Source: Tubulanus polymorphus
Taxonomy: Eukaryota; Animalia; Nemertea
DNA: 64,000 bases
Reading direction: 5' to 3'
NCBI RefSeq assembly: GCF_964204645.1
Contig: NC_134029.1
Coordinates: forward strand, 23,926,950-23,990,949
Translations under genes and position numbers: made by a program
Notes under the pieces: model-generated
Database searches by the model: none
What the model was told of the DNA's origin: nothing
What the model saw: the letters and a program-made list of their open reading frames with translations, nothing else
Part shown: positions 1 to 12,790 of the stretch, piece by piece
Layout of the letters: every line of letters begins with the position of its first letter
Position numbering within the stretch: the first letter of the stretch is position 1

Positions 1-1906
1 ACGTTTAATGTAACAGCAGAAACTTCATCTACAGTGTTTGACAAATCCTGGAGCACCGGGCGTGTATTAGATAAATCAGTTCAGCCGGTTAAACTGTTGA
101 CACCTGGATATATTCCTCTAAAAAACCAAACGTATCTCTCACCGTCTGGGTCGTGTATAACTCCTACGCCGTCGTCAGGCGAGAATAATCGGTCTAAAAA
201 ACAGACGAAATCCGCGTCTTCTGCGAAACGGAAATCATTATGGGACAATTCAACGAATCAGAGCAAATTATTCGATGTAATTCGTGAGAAGCCGAATAGA
301 AAACCTCTGACAGCATTTGAGATATACGTGAAAGAGAACAAACAAAGAGGTAAACCGATTGGTTAACACGGTTTCAGTGTAAAACTTCTGTTTCAGATTA
401 AAGTCTTATTTATACGTATTGTCTTTTTAGCACTGGCAGAAAATCCTGAAATCGGCGATGATGATGATTGTTCGTTGATTAAGATGATGGAAGACGAATG
501 GAGGATATTGTCTGCTGATGATCGATTTGAGTTTGAAGCCAAAGAAATTAAAGAACGAGAAATGTATGAAGATGAAAACATCTATTCATAGTTAGTTATC
601 TAGAAATAACGTATTTCTGTAGATTAGTGTTTGATTGCAGGTTTTGGAAGCGGTCGATGGAAATTAAGAAACCCGAAATCAGAGAACGGGAAAAATCACC
701 GGGGATAGACTATCATATAGTGAAAAAACGAAGAGTGGAAGATGTTGAGATTCCTTCGAAGTCATCAGCGTCATATCTGTCAGAAAAACCGATCCAGTTT
801 TCGATGAACGACTTGAGAAGAAAATTCAAAATAGGTTTATGCAGTCAATATACTCAGAGGTAACTCGTTTTGGACTTGAATAAAGGCTGTCATTCTTTAA
901 TAAGTATTACCCAGTGATTATAATGAGTGAAAATTATTCCAGCCGATGTATCGACAAACAGCCGGGTCGGAGTGAACCAATCGGCGATCTGAAATCAGTG
1001 AATTTATGGGCAGTTAGTCACGGTGATGAAGTATTCGTTATAAACCATTGGCGCGTTCAAGAAACGATCACTTTTCAACATCTTCTGCTCAACCACAAAA
1101 TAGTTGCAGACGTCCTCCTTGATCCTATAACATTAGTGAAAAGGTAAACATTCAAACTCGGTAACTGTCGTCATCGGATAAGTCATTACTGAAGTCATCT
1201 CTTTCTTGAGTCCCAATTTGTATTTTCAATTCAATTAACTAGCTATTACTTTTATAGAATGTATGGTGATAAGCCGATATTATGGGATACATTGTGTTCA
1301 CTTCCGTGTCGTTTGTTACCCGGGAAACCGTGGCCGATGCTGATCGATGACCGGTTGACGAATAATGGATTCATTATTCACAAAATATCCGGTAAATGAA
1401 AAAAAATCGAAGAAAACTACGTCCAATGATAGGTTTTAAATCTAGAAAATACGTATTGTCATTATTACAGGAAGCGGTTGTGCGAGTGATGTAGAAACTA
1501 CTTTTCAGATTACATCAACTGCTGGCTGTATTCCCGGTTACGGCGTCAATGATCTAAATTCAATTCTTGAAGCGATCAATCGTTCAGAATCATCCACTGG
1601 TTCGCAGTGTAGACCTCCGAAAGTTATTGAATATCTAAAGGTGAATGAACTTCTGTGATCCGTATATTCTTAGAAAATTAAATCGGTTGTATTGTTAAGT
1701 TAATAAATCTGCGTATATTTCAGAGTGAAGCAGTAAGAATGGCCCGCCAGTTACCAAAACATTTAAGCAGAGAAGATGTGCGAACATTAATACACGAAAT
1801 GGATTCTGTTTTGCCGGCAGGAGTTAATAAATGCCTTCATGATAAACCATTATATCAACAAATGTATGACATGTCTAATATCCCGATGTCTCAAGTGCCA
1901 AAATAA
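1..1906 (+). CDS. PMS1: PMS1 homolog 1 (MutL-family mismatch repair protein), 3' portion, multi-exon; 5' end outside window
   Basis: Spliced exons (~1-349, 431-564, 641-833, ~890-1143, 1259-1391, 1471-1640, 1723-1906) give an HMG box (KPLTAFEIYVKENKQRALAENPE...EDEWRILSADDRFEFE), then INHWRVQETITFQHLL, LIDDRLTNNGF, GYGVNDL and the C-terminus [30 protein letters not shown]...CLHDKP. These match PMS1, which has an HMG box and lacks the DQHA endonuclease motif. Stop TAA at 1904-1906. Confidence 0.9.
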
Positions 1907-2567
1907 AAACCTCATATTTTTACACCTTCAATAAGTCTTGTAGTATCTACCCCAGTCATTCCTGGATATAAGTAGTTAATTCAAGGAGCTTTAGGCCTGA
2001 AGGAGAATATCTCAAATTTCGAGGAAGCATCTTCATATCCCATTACAATAGACTACTGTAGAATCAGCATTGTTTATCTCAGTAAACCATTACAAGACAT
2101 GTAAGCAAATTCTTAGCCTTTACTCGACTAAACTTGGTTTCTAATTCGGGAACCTCCTAATCGGGTAAGAAAAAAAAAAAACAAACACAAAGAAATGATT
2201 TACAGCCCATTCAATGATTTAATTCATAAAATACTTTCAGTACAAAAATCACAATGTGCAAATGACTTATATATAAAATAGTTTGATCGTTTCATTCAGA
2301 ATTCTGATCATCGTCGACACGATATACAACACTTAAAACTAGCGCTGTGGGTTTACCACGATGTATATATTAAAATTTATATGAATAACAATCTATACTA
2401 TATTTATGTATATGTGCGAGAGTGATTGTGGTGTAAAAGACGACAGGTCATTTGTCTAAACATCTTTGCGTTAAAAGCCATTGAATATATATAGCATTCG
2501 ATTGATTAAATCACACTTCACCTGCACAGCACTGAACATGGTTCATTAAATTTTCTCGTCAATCACA

Positions 2568-2707
2568 GGGGCCGGTTGCATAGTCATGGCTAAGATTTAA
2601 GACTGGTCTAAGACCAACTAAGTTCTATACTCGATCTAACAACTTAAGATCAGTCTTAAGATTTAAGACCACTTTTGGACTTAAGTTACGACTGTGCAAC
2701 TGGGCCC
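2568..2707. mobile_element. MITE family A copy (~140 bp, GGGGCC(G/A)GTTGCA terminal inverted repeats)
   Basis: Starts GGGGCCGGTTGCATAGTCATGGCT and ends AGTTACGACTGTGCAACTGGGCCC; near-identical copies at 22351-22493 and 38227-38366. Confidence 0.85.
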
Positions 2708-3635
2708 AGATGACCATGACATTAGTAAATTCACTTTTACGAATTACATGTGCAGTGGTCCCAATATCAAATACTGGTAAATCATAATCTCCTACATAAA
2801 ATACATAACTTATTGTTACTGCAGCTAAATTCCTTATTACACAGCAGACACATTGGTCCGGAAAACTGTTTAATGATATACTACATGAATATGTATAAGA
2901 CTATGACGATATGCAAATGAGTGTCCTGTCTACATAAGTAATAAGCAGAGTAATAAGCAATAAGCAGGGCCCGGTTTTAGAGACTGGTATCAACTTTAAC
3001 CCGGGGGCTAACTCGATTCATTTTCAGTCAAGTTAACCCCCAAGGTGAAGTTAATACTAGTCTATAAAATCAGATGTATATACGCATATCACATGATATT
3101 GGGATGTGAATTTCCACGCTCGTATTCATAATTATACTCATATTTTCGAGTAATTATTTGCTGCATCATTTTTAAGTTTTGCAACTTCAGAACAAGTATA
3201 TAAGATGTCCTGTAATAATACGTATACATGTATGGCATATCTGATGCCGGAATCAAAAAGCAGTATACAGTGGAATCTCAAAGATTCATCGGATATAACA
3301 AACATAGAATTTTGTCCCAATAAGACAATTTCAATCATTTCATACTAGATATAACGAATTACCGGTTGATGAAAATATTTGCTGGTCCTGTGAAGTTTGC
3401 TGTAACGAGGTTCCACTGTATCTGACTATACAAAATAAGTATCTGTTTTTTTTAAGTACAGCTTTACAGATTTTCACGATTACTATGAAGTTCTCAAAAC
3501 TAAAAAGTCAAACAAAATCCCATTAAGAAACTCAAAATCTCCACAAAATTCTAAATCTACGAACTTCAAATAAAATATAGTATCAAAATTAGTTTTGATT
3601 GGTGGCCGGGGATTTATTGAATGTAGTTACTGATT

Positions 3636-6600
3636 TCATAGTTTGATTTTACCCGATACGATGTGATCGTATATTTCTGTCGTCAATATGGAATACGTTG
3701 AATTGTTTCCGTCGAGGAAATACAAAGCACCGTTAATTTCATGCGGATTAAAACCTTCGTCGCGTAGTTGCAGCTTGATGTGTTTAAACGTACTCGTCAC
3801 TTGAATTTCTTTGTTGACGCGTAGAAACATCGGACGCGCGTAACTCGGTAAATATTCCACGCAATGCTTGAACAATTTCACGAGTTCAGCGTCGCACAGA
3901 GTCAACGCATTGTTCTTCGTAACCATAGTGACCATACCGGCACGACCGTCGCAACCTAGATTGAAAAACCAATGTTAGTTTACTCGAGCCCAAAATTACA
4001 GTTTAAAACCATGCTTCTCATAGTAAAATGAATTCATAATTCCCGAGTATTTCAAGGATGATTTTTCAATTTTCCCAAGAAAGGATGATCAGGTTAGCAA
4101 AATTTTGATGAATTGGCTGAAGTATTATGTACAAATAGGGAGAAGTGGTTAATTTCGACCCCTTCAAAATATCCTAGATCTGCTCTTCCCCATTGCGGAT
4201 GTGAAAGTCAATAATGACTGACACCTCAAAGTATTTGTAAGAAATTCTAAATAACCACCTGGTACTTCGACACCATAAACATTACACTCATTTACAAATT
4301 CCAGTTCAGCGATGAGATTTCCAACTTCAGTAGTCGACACGTTTTCACCTTTCCATCTGTTAAAGAAATATGAATTCATGCTATCAATAAAACTTCGCAG
4401 CAGAACGAATCATCAACAGTCAAGATCCAGTTCCTCCATCAGTTCCGAGTTAAATTTGACTCTCGACAATGACCTAATTTTGACTCGGAGTAAACTCTAA
4501 CCGGAACTCGATCATTATCATGATCTACGTAATTAAATGACTTAGTTTTAGTTACTGTGAGTTTCACTGATACACACCTGAACGTATCACCTAATCGATC
4601 TTTAAAGAAGACATTATAATTTTGGTCCATGTAAAGCAGATCTCCAGAGTTATAGAATGCGTCGCCGTTTTTGAGCACATTGCGCAAGATCTTTTTCTCA
4701 TTCATTTCCTTCTTTCCTTTATATCCGTCAAATTCTATACCTTTTTTCTGTTTCAGCATACACGTATATATACCGGCTTCACCTATCATACAATAGCAAA
4801 CATACAGTTATTAGTTCCGTAATGACAGACTCCGAGCTCCTTAAAATCAGAGATTCCAAAATTCTCTAAATTGACCAAAAATTCCCTGATCCCCATTGAG
4901 GGCTGTTTCAAGAGGTTCCTTGTGTCACTCGTCACCAAGACACCAAGAATTCAAATTCAACGATTAAATTATAAGATATCATCAGTGGGGGCTGTTTCTT
5001 ATCAAAAGGTTCTTAGTGTCACTCGTCACCAGCGAGAACAACAAGACACCAAGAATTCAAATTCCCTGACTTCGAGTTCTAAGATCAGAGATTCGAAAAT
5101 TCTCTGAATAGACCAAAAATTCCCTGATTAAATTGAGATCCTCACTGAGGGCTGTTTCAAGAGGTTCCTCGTGTCACTCGTCACCAGCGAGAACAACAAG
5201 ACACCAAAAATTCAAATTCCTTGATTAAACTATAAGATATCCTCAGTGAGGGCTGTTTCTTATCAAAAGGTTCTTAGTGTCACTCGTCACCAGCGAGAAC
5301 AACAAGACACCAAGAATTCAAATTCCCTGACTTTCTGATTAGTAAGAACCCTGATTGATTAAGTACGTACCCGGTTTAGCTAAAATACACAGGCCATTCT
5401 GATCTCTGGCTGGTTCTTCAGTATTGTAATCGTATTTCACTAATGGTGAAGGGTGAAGCATATTCTGAAGTTAAACGTATGAGAAAATGACTAGATACTT
5501 GAACGACGTAAACTTCATAAAGTTCGACTGAGTAGAAATAATAACTAATACTAACCATAATACTAGATTGACGTCCAACAGATCCAAAAACATTGTTAAG
5601 GTTCATGTAAAATCCGACACCTTCAGTCGCAGCGTAAAACTCACGAATCTGTTCGATTCCGAAGCGATCATTGAAAGTCTTCCACACGTCCGGCCGTAAT
5701 CCATTACCAAACGCCAGACGGATGCCATGTTCACCGTCGTTTGGTAACTGAAATTAAACAACAGGGTGGTTCATCGTGGCGTGTTTTCGATCCCTTGAAA
5801 TTAGTCTGGTTTTTCAATGCACATTCATCTGGTTATGCCATTACATCGGACCATTCAGGCAAAACAACCAAAAAGTGCTGAGTGGAGATTTGAGATCCTA
5901 CACAAAGATATTTTCATATGAAACAATCTGGACAGCCTATTGAATGAACATTTAGTTCACTGGCCTCCATTTTTCCAAGAGCTTTCTTAAAAATTCAAAG
6001 CCTTAAAGATTTTTTTTCAATTCCCTGCTTTCAATGCCTGTAATGAGCCCTGCACAATTAGGGGGTCAATTCACAAAATTTGTCTTGTATCTATTTTTTG
6101 TTTTAGTATACTTTACCTCTGGTCGAGCGGCCAAATAACGACATAATTCCCCAATGTATTGTATTACTGTGACATCATATTTACGACAGTCATCCAGAAA
6201 CTGACTAGCTGAGAATTTCCTTCGAAGCACCAATGTACAGCCTGACAGTAGATTCATATTGAGTAAAGATAATTCATAATACAGTCAGTTATACTACCAG
6301 ACTTGGTGCGAGTAGATTTAAAGCCTTGCGTACATGAGAATAGCAAAAACTGATCTTATGGAGTTGCTAGTGAGCCAGAGAGTACCTGGTGCACATCGAA
6401 AAACTGGAGAAAACCAGCAACTGCATGGCTGTTGCCAATCTCTAGATCTACAGTGTGTACATAGATGGCAACTGGGATATCTTATCTAGCAAATATTTAT
6501 GAGGACATCCGAGGCACGTGTCATACTGTTTTATTCTAGTCAGTTCCACCAAATGTTGTTATGGAGCGCGTGCATCAGTAGATATCGCCGTAACTGATTA

Positions 6601-9600
6601 CAACCAGTTGCTCAAACCACCATTAATCCACAAATTCAAGCAACTGATCGTATCCAGCCAGTTCCTCTCATACGCCAAAACCTGCCCCGCAACTAGTTGT
6701 CTCCAGTTATTTCGCCGATGTACGCTAGGTTAAAACCCGCTACGCTATATATACTAACGAAATTATCTTAGTAAGTTAAAATGATTTAAAGACACAACAT
6801 GTTGGTCTCTCACTATCGACCATTGTCAGGTGGTCACAATTAACGAAACACTTACCACTATCTATACAAGCTCCGAGTGCTAACATAATGGCAGCAGAAT
6901 GGTAGAGAGGTAGAGGTGAATACAACACATCGCTCTCTTTCAAATCAGTTCCGTGTGAAACAAATATACCAGCAATGCTTCGGAATTGTGATATTATAGC
7001 AGGTTTCGGCAGACCTTTAATCAAACAAAAATCATCTGCACTCTAAGAATTTGGAGTTCAAGACATGGAAGCATTGAGCATGTTACTATCAATACTTCGA
7101 AAGTAAACTCTGCATTACTTACAGTGGAACTTTGTTATGACGATTTATCAGTTTTTACAAATCTAGAATTTTGTCCCGAATAGGAAAATGTTTCAAAAAT
7201 TTCATACCGATACAAAGAACTATCGGTTATAACGAACAGATTGTCTATATGTTTAGTCCACAGAAGTTTTGCTGTAACGATGTTTCGATACTATTCGGAA
7301 AGGCAAATTATATTCAATATTTCGATGACATTTTGTTCAAGTACCTGTTGTTCCTGAGGTATATATGTAAGCAAACGGTGTACGAAATGTTTGTTTATTT
7401 CGATGAATAGATTTATTAATAGGAGTTTCCTCAGCTTCATCTATCGTTGACTTCAAGTTGATGAAACCTTCTTTTGCATCTGAATCGTCTAAGATATAAA
7501 CATCAGCTTCCTTCAGCACGTCATCGCGTATTTCATCAACTGCTTCGATCAAATCCTCTACAAATCGGAACATAATTTCTACAATTCACAATCCAATCAA
7601 CAATGAAGACAATCATTAGAATAAGATAAAAAATAGGCAACAGTCGAAAATAGAAAGTTGTTAAATGAAAATCTAGCAAAGTCAACTGGATTATATAACA
7701 AAACTAACAACTTTTAATACATGCCATTTTAACAAATTGAAGCAGAATTGAAATTCTTCTAAAACTTTGGAAATCCACGTACGGCAAATTTATAATTCAA
7801 TATCTATGATAAAATCTATCCCAACCAAACCTTTAAGTGACTTTCTTTCCATGTCAAATGAATGACAGTGCGTATGAATATTAAATATAGTTGTGTGCGC
7901 ACAAACTTTTTGTACAAGAACTCATAGCTTCACTTAAAAAGTCTATGAATGATGGGTAGACATAGTTTTGGAAGTTTAACAGAAGCGCCCGCACGAATTT
8001 TATACCAAAGCAAATATCTATATAACTATGTAATATCATAATATTGCATAACTTTGGTTAAAAAGCTGTAATAAGAAAATTGTTCTCTTAAAATCAAAAA
8101 ATAATGTAGGCTATCATAATAACGAAGCAAAATAAACAGTGTAAGCACAAAATAGATTCTTTTATAACAATTGGACTTTGATCACTCACCGGAACGTCGA
8201 TATCTCTAAATTGAATTTCAAAAGTATAATAGTAATACATGTTGTTTGGCTGTTTTTAGAAAGTTATAAAATACAATGCTCGAAGTTTTCTCGGATAACA
8301 AGTTATCAGGTCACGTGAAAGGAATTAGGAAAACTTTTGTGAATCAAAGTTAATCACTCTATTTTTAGTTTATGATCGAGCGATGAAATTGAGAAAAGCT
8401 ACGAGATAAATAAATAATTATGGGTTAGGCCTGTTATTCAAAAGAAATCTATTTTTTCACAGTGTACGTACCATGAGCAACAAACAGAGCACAGGCTTCA
8501 GCAGACTTGAAACAATGCAGCAACGTTTTCATACGTAGATTTGTATTCAATAATGCAGCAGCTATTCCGAGTTTAGCAAAACCTGTTTAGAAAATAAATC
8601 ACATCTTCAAGAATCAGGGCAGCTGTACTTGAAGGATTTACCAGTGTTGGCAGGATTTTACGTAGCATATTTTTCATTATAAGTCTCTTGTCTACACAGA
8701 ATATGCATCCTTCAGATTATTTTGCTGGGCATAGTGAAAAACGGGTCAGTTGCATAGTCTCAATACCAGGCGTTGTTACGGTCCCCTTGTTTGAAGAACA
8801 ACGGCTAGGTACTAATAGACAATAATTAGACAAGTCAGTTGCACAGTCATGACTTAGACCAGTCTGAGACCATTTTAGTTCTATATTTAATCTAACAATT
8901 GTAAGATTATTCTTAATATTCTAAGACTGCTTTTGGACTTAAGTCACAACTGAGCCCAGGGGCCGGGTTCCATAGTCGAGACTTAAGCCCGGAAGTGGTC
9001 TTATGGAACCGGCCCCAGGTGGCTAAACTCCTTTGTACTCCGTAGGGGTCAACCCTAATCAATTAACTAATTTTGGAGCAATCTGCAATTTTTCATCTCA
9101 ACTCCTAGTTTACATAGCAATACTCATTGTAAGCATCGATAAAATTTACTTCATCTCAATATGTGAGTTTCTCGCGTTGATATATCGAGGGGCAGCAGAT
9201 ATTTTAGGGCGTGGCTGAGTTCAGATGTAAAAGTGAAAGGGGTGTCTATGTCCGCTCCTTTAAAGCACCTTGTACAGATTCCTGTGCGATAGGCCTATCA
9301 CAATTTATGTTATAAACTTACCGAGTAAAATCCAGATGAAAGCGGGATCATTATACATCAACAGGGTCACCGTATCACCTTGTTTAAACCCCTTCTTCAA
9401 TAAAGCGTTAGCGAATTTCGTCGCGCGTCGATCGACTTCTTCAAACGTATACGACCGGTCCCCGAAATGTAACATCGTTTTCTTCGGGCATTTTTTAACC
9501 GTTCGTTCGAACAGATCGATCAGAAAACATTTCTTACCGACCAAATATTGACAACGCCCCAACAGAGTGATCATTTTATAACTATAATACAAGTCAGACC

Positions 9601-9682
9601 AGATCCACGGTTTGAGGTACGTTAGTAATATTGGCACAGAGCCAACTGCAGCAGCTATCACCACTGACCAGCTCATTGTCAT
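3636..9682 (-). CDS. SLC27/FATP-family very-long-chain acyl-CoA synthetase (fatty acid transport protein), 10 exons
   Basis: Exons ~9321-9682, 8471-8583, 7344-7557, 6857-7015, 6117-6241, 5557-5747, 5371-5464, 4579-4782, 4260-4357, 3636-3956 with GT-AG boundaries. Motifs: [12 protein letters not shown] (AMP binding), [82 protein letters not shown]-terminal hydrophobic anchor present. Confidence 0.96.
4855..5331. repeat. Intronic tandem repeat, ~4 copies of a ~110-130 bp unit
   Basis: GAGGGCTGTTTC...GGTTC..GTGTCACTCGTCACCAGCGAGAACAACAAGACACCAAGAATTCAAATTCC recurs four times within a FATP intron. Confidence 0.85.
8835..9016. mobile_element. Two adjacent degenerate or short MITE family A copies
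   Basis: CAGTTGCACAGTCATGACTTAGACC...TTGGACTTAAGTCACAACTG followed by GGGGCCGG...CCGGCCCC (8959-9016). Confidence 0.7.
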
Positions 9683-9880
9683 CTCTCTCTGTCACTCGCT
9701 GTACAGCCCACACCAGCAACTGACGACTGTCTCTCCCGTAAAATATCAATCACATGAATACCACGGTTACAAGCAGCTCCTAACTTTGAACAATTTCAAT
9801 GAGGCTATGAAGTCGGTTGCCTTGTCTTCAGGAATTCGGGGTTGCGACTAAATATAGGCAGCAAAACAAGTTTTTTCATG

Positions 9881-9893
9881 AACCCGGAAGTGA
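9881..9893. promoter_or_regulatory. Candidate ETS/GABP-type site upstream of the FATP gene
   Basis: CCGGAAGTG about 200 bp upstream of the FATP start codon, in a CpG-richer patch. Confidence 0.35.
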
Positions 9894-12460
9894 ACAATAA
9901 ATATATTGAATTGAATTTGTGAACGATATATCCAATCCAGCGTAGCCCGCCTGGTATTACGCAATGTTTATTTGGATTGCGACCCGGACCGTGTACGGCA
10001 CCGGACCCTTGAGCCGGTTGGTGGCGCGCGTTACGAACTGACTTCGGCAAGAACTCATTAATGAACGATGTTAAAACAGGGATATTTTACGTAGAATTTA
10101 AATCATCTCACATACCAGAGTTAGGCCACTTTCCTCCTGGCCAACCGCAATCCCCAGAATTAGAACCACTGGAATCTTCGGTTCCGGGCCGTGTGCCGTG
10201 ACGGCAGGCCCACGTTCAAATGTGGCCCACCCAGTTCCTTCCACCTTTTAAGTAACGATGTTTAGAATGATTGAAAATAACCTTTCAATTTTTGCGTGTT
10301 TTTTTCTAATGAGAAGCAGGTTGTTGCAGGTTGTTGCATTGATTAAAATGATCAATCTCGCACCACAGCAAGTGCTTCACCTAGTTTTCCGATCTTTGAT
10401 TTATACATGTGTGAATTTACATTGATACAACATCTGTCGCACTGGCGAGTCGTTAGTGTGTTTTATGGGCCCGTTGGCCGGGATCAACCGGGCTCTTATC
10501 ACCCGAGGTATTACGATAAATCCGTGCGCAGAAAGGGCATTCTCGAGATGCTGATAACAAGTGCCTGTGCGGTGTGGTATAATGCGATTTGTAGCGAGGC
10601 TGTCGCGCGAGGTACCGCCTGTTGATGATAGATCAGCTGATTTCTAACAAGGATCAAAACCGAAACTTCGAGTGCATTGATTAATATCAAAATGATAGAA
10701 TAAAATAAATCGATTTCTGTAGATTATTTTACTTTATCTGTAGCGAACGAGCTTTAGAAAAAATGATGCGTGCGCAGCATAAGATCGCCGGGCGGCTGAT
10801 TTTTAGCCAGTAAAGGCGCAGATTCAGGAGGCAACAACAAAACTCAGTTGGAAGTTTTTCTCTTCAATCACTGCTGTTTCCGAATGATCACCAGTAGTAG
10901 TCGTAGAGACATGATCTTAGCCGCGCGGCGTAGCCGAACGAGGTCTCTCGGTATTTACATAACTGGTGTTCCTTCTCATCAGCCGTAAACATCTTCTATT
11001 TGTATTGAAAAGTGATATCGCGTGTTGGTTGCGTCGAGCTGTCGATGAAACCCCACGTAATCTTCAAAGTTATCAACTAGTAGAGTTTATCTTACATACG
11101 TCTCGGATAGCGGCACGCGAGAAGGATTCTTTTTTAACAGGTAAAGTACACTGTTTTTGTTGAATATTGAAATGATAAGAGGCCGTGTGCTGTATGTTAT
11201 TTCGGGTAGGAATTCCTCATAAATGCTATTTGCAGCTTTACTAAATTACTTTTCTTTTATGAATGAATTCTAGGATTTCTATTTTTTCTACTATAATTAC
11301 TGACAGCCTTGACACTTAATTTGCGTTACGCTTGAAAGTGAAAAAATTGTGCTTTAGTTCAGTTGAATCAGTTCAGTCTTCACAATCACCGAACACTAAC
11401 GATTACATCAATTTATATGTTGGATTGTAATTTGACATCTATTTACTTACGCTCCAATCAAATTATTTGCGGTACTCTGTCATTGCGGCAAACTTCATAG
11501 CAATTGATCAAGTAATGAAGTCTGATCGAAAAGCTTGAGGTGACAGTGAATTACGGTTCGGGGTTTAATGAGTTTCCCAGGTCCAGTTTTAAGACTATTG
11601 GGCTGAGATAGATTAGGCAGCCAATAAGACACAAATCCCACTAGTCGCTTGTCCGATGAACGAGAATTTTCTTACTCGATCTAGAACTGAAATTTCCATT
11701 TATTTACTACGATTTAAAGCATTAAATTCCGATAAATTCTATATTTTGTACTCTGAAACCTAAGCCCCCTATTTCGTTCCCAATTTGACGGGTTTGTGAG
11801 ACGGAGCACACAAAACGAACATGAGCATGATCCTGTATACATTAAATGTTACTGTCTACCACTGAATCTATGCCGGTAATTAACCGGCCAGAAACATCCT
11901 GTCGGTAAATCGACATTATCATTTTAAAAGTGCTCGCCAGTGTCTCCAAAGTGGTTACGGGATATCTTGTGAAACATGGGGAATGTCCGCAATTTGCAGA
12001 CACAGGAAACCGTGTAGACTGGATGTCTATATACCGCTCGCGTTGAAATGTAAAACTAAACCGACAAAATCCAGATATTCTAATGATCAGACAAGATTTA
12101 TTGAGCTACGATAAAATTCGAAGAATCTGTTAAATGATTTAGTATGATGTTGTCGTCTGGGATCAGAACACTGTTTGTTCTGAATCTTTCTCAACACGCA
12201 GTATGATGAGTTACACCGCGAGTATATAGATAACGAAAACAACATACGTCATTCGAGCAGGATTCGATGTATTTGCGCTAATTTATGAAGGTCATCTTTA
12301 TCAATCAGATTTCCTCGACGTATAGCTAATTGTTTCAGGCAATCGAACATCGATCATTTACTGCCACGAGTCCTGTAAAACGACGAATACATTTTCACAA
12401 CAAGAGATGTCACAGCTCTTCCTGCGGTGCGACGGAAGCACGTGACTGCCTCTCCTGTAA

Positions 12461-12790
12461 ACTTTACTTTACTTTACTTTATTTGACAAACTCTTGGTCT
12501 TAATACAAAGACAAGTTGAGTGATATATGCAGTACATAAAAAGATACATTTCATGCGACGTACAGTAGGTAGATACCTAATTAAATGTTGGTTTACATGC
12601 GAGCTATTTTTAAGGAAAAGTGAAAAATCTCATTATTTTACCGATCATGAAAATACACAATTTACGAAGTTCGGCTCTGTCTTTGGTTTGCATTAATAAC
12701 TTATGTTTGAAAAGGTTGGGGTTCGTATAAAATCTGCTGCCTACGTATAATTCGCTACTATCATTTAAATATTTACGCGATTTCGGCAAA
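12461..12790 (-). mobile_element. 5'-truncated non-LTR retrotransposon (LINE) 3' end
   Basis: Minus strand reads ...FYTNPNLFKHKLLMQTKDRAELRKLCIFM, resembling the post-RT C-terminal segment of CR1/L2-group ORF2, followed by AATAAA and a (GTAAA)n tail at ~12461-12481. Confidence 0.55.
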
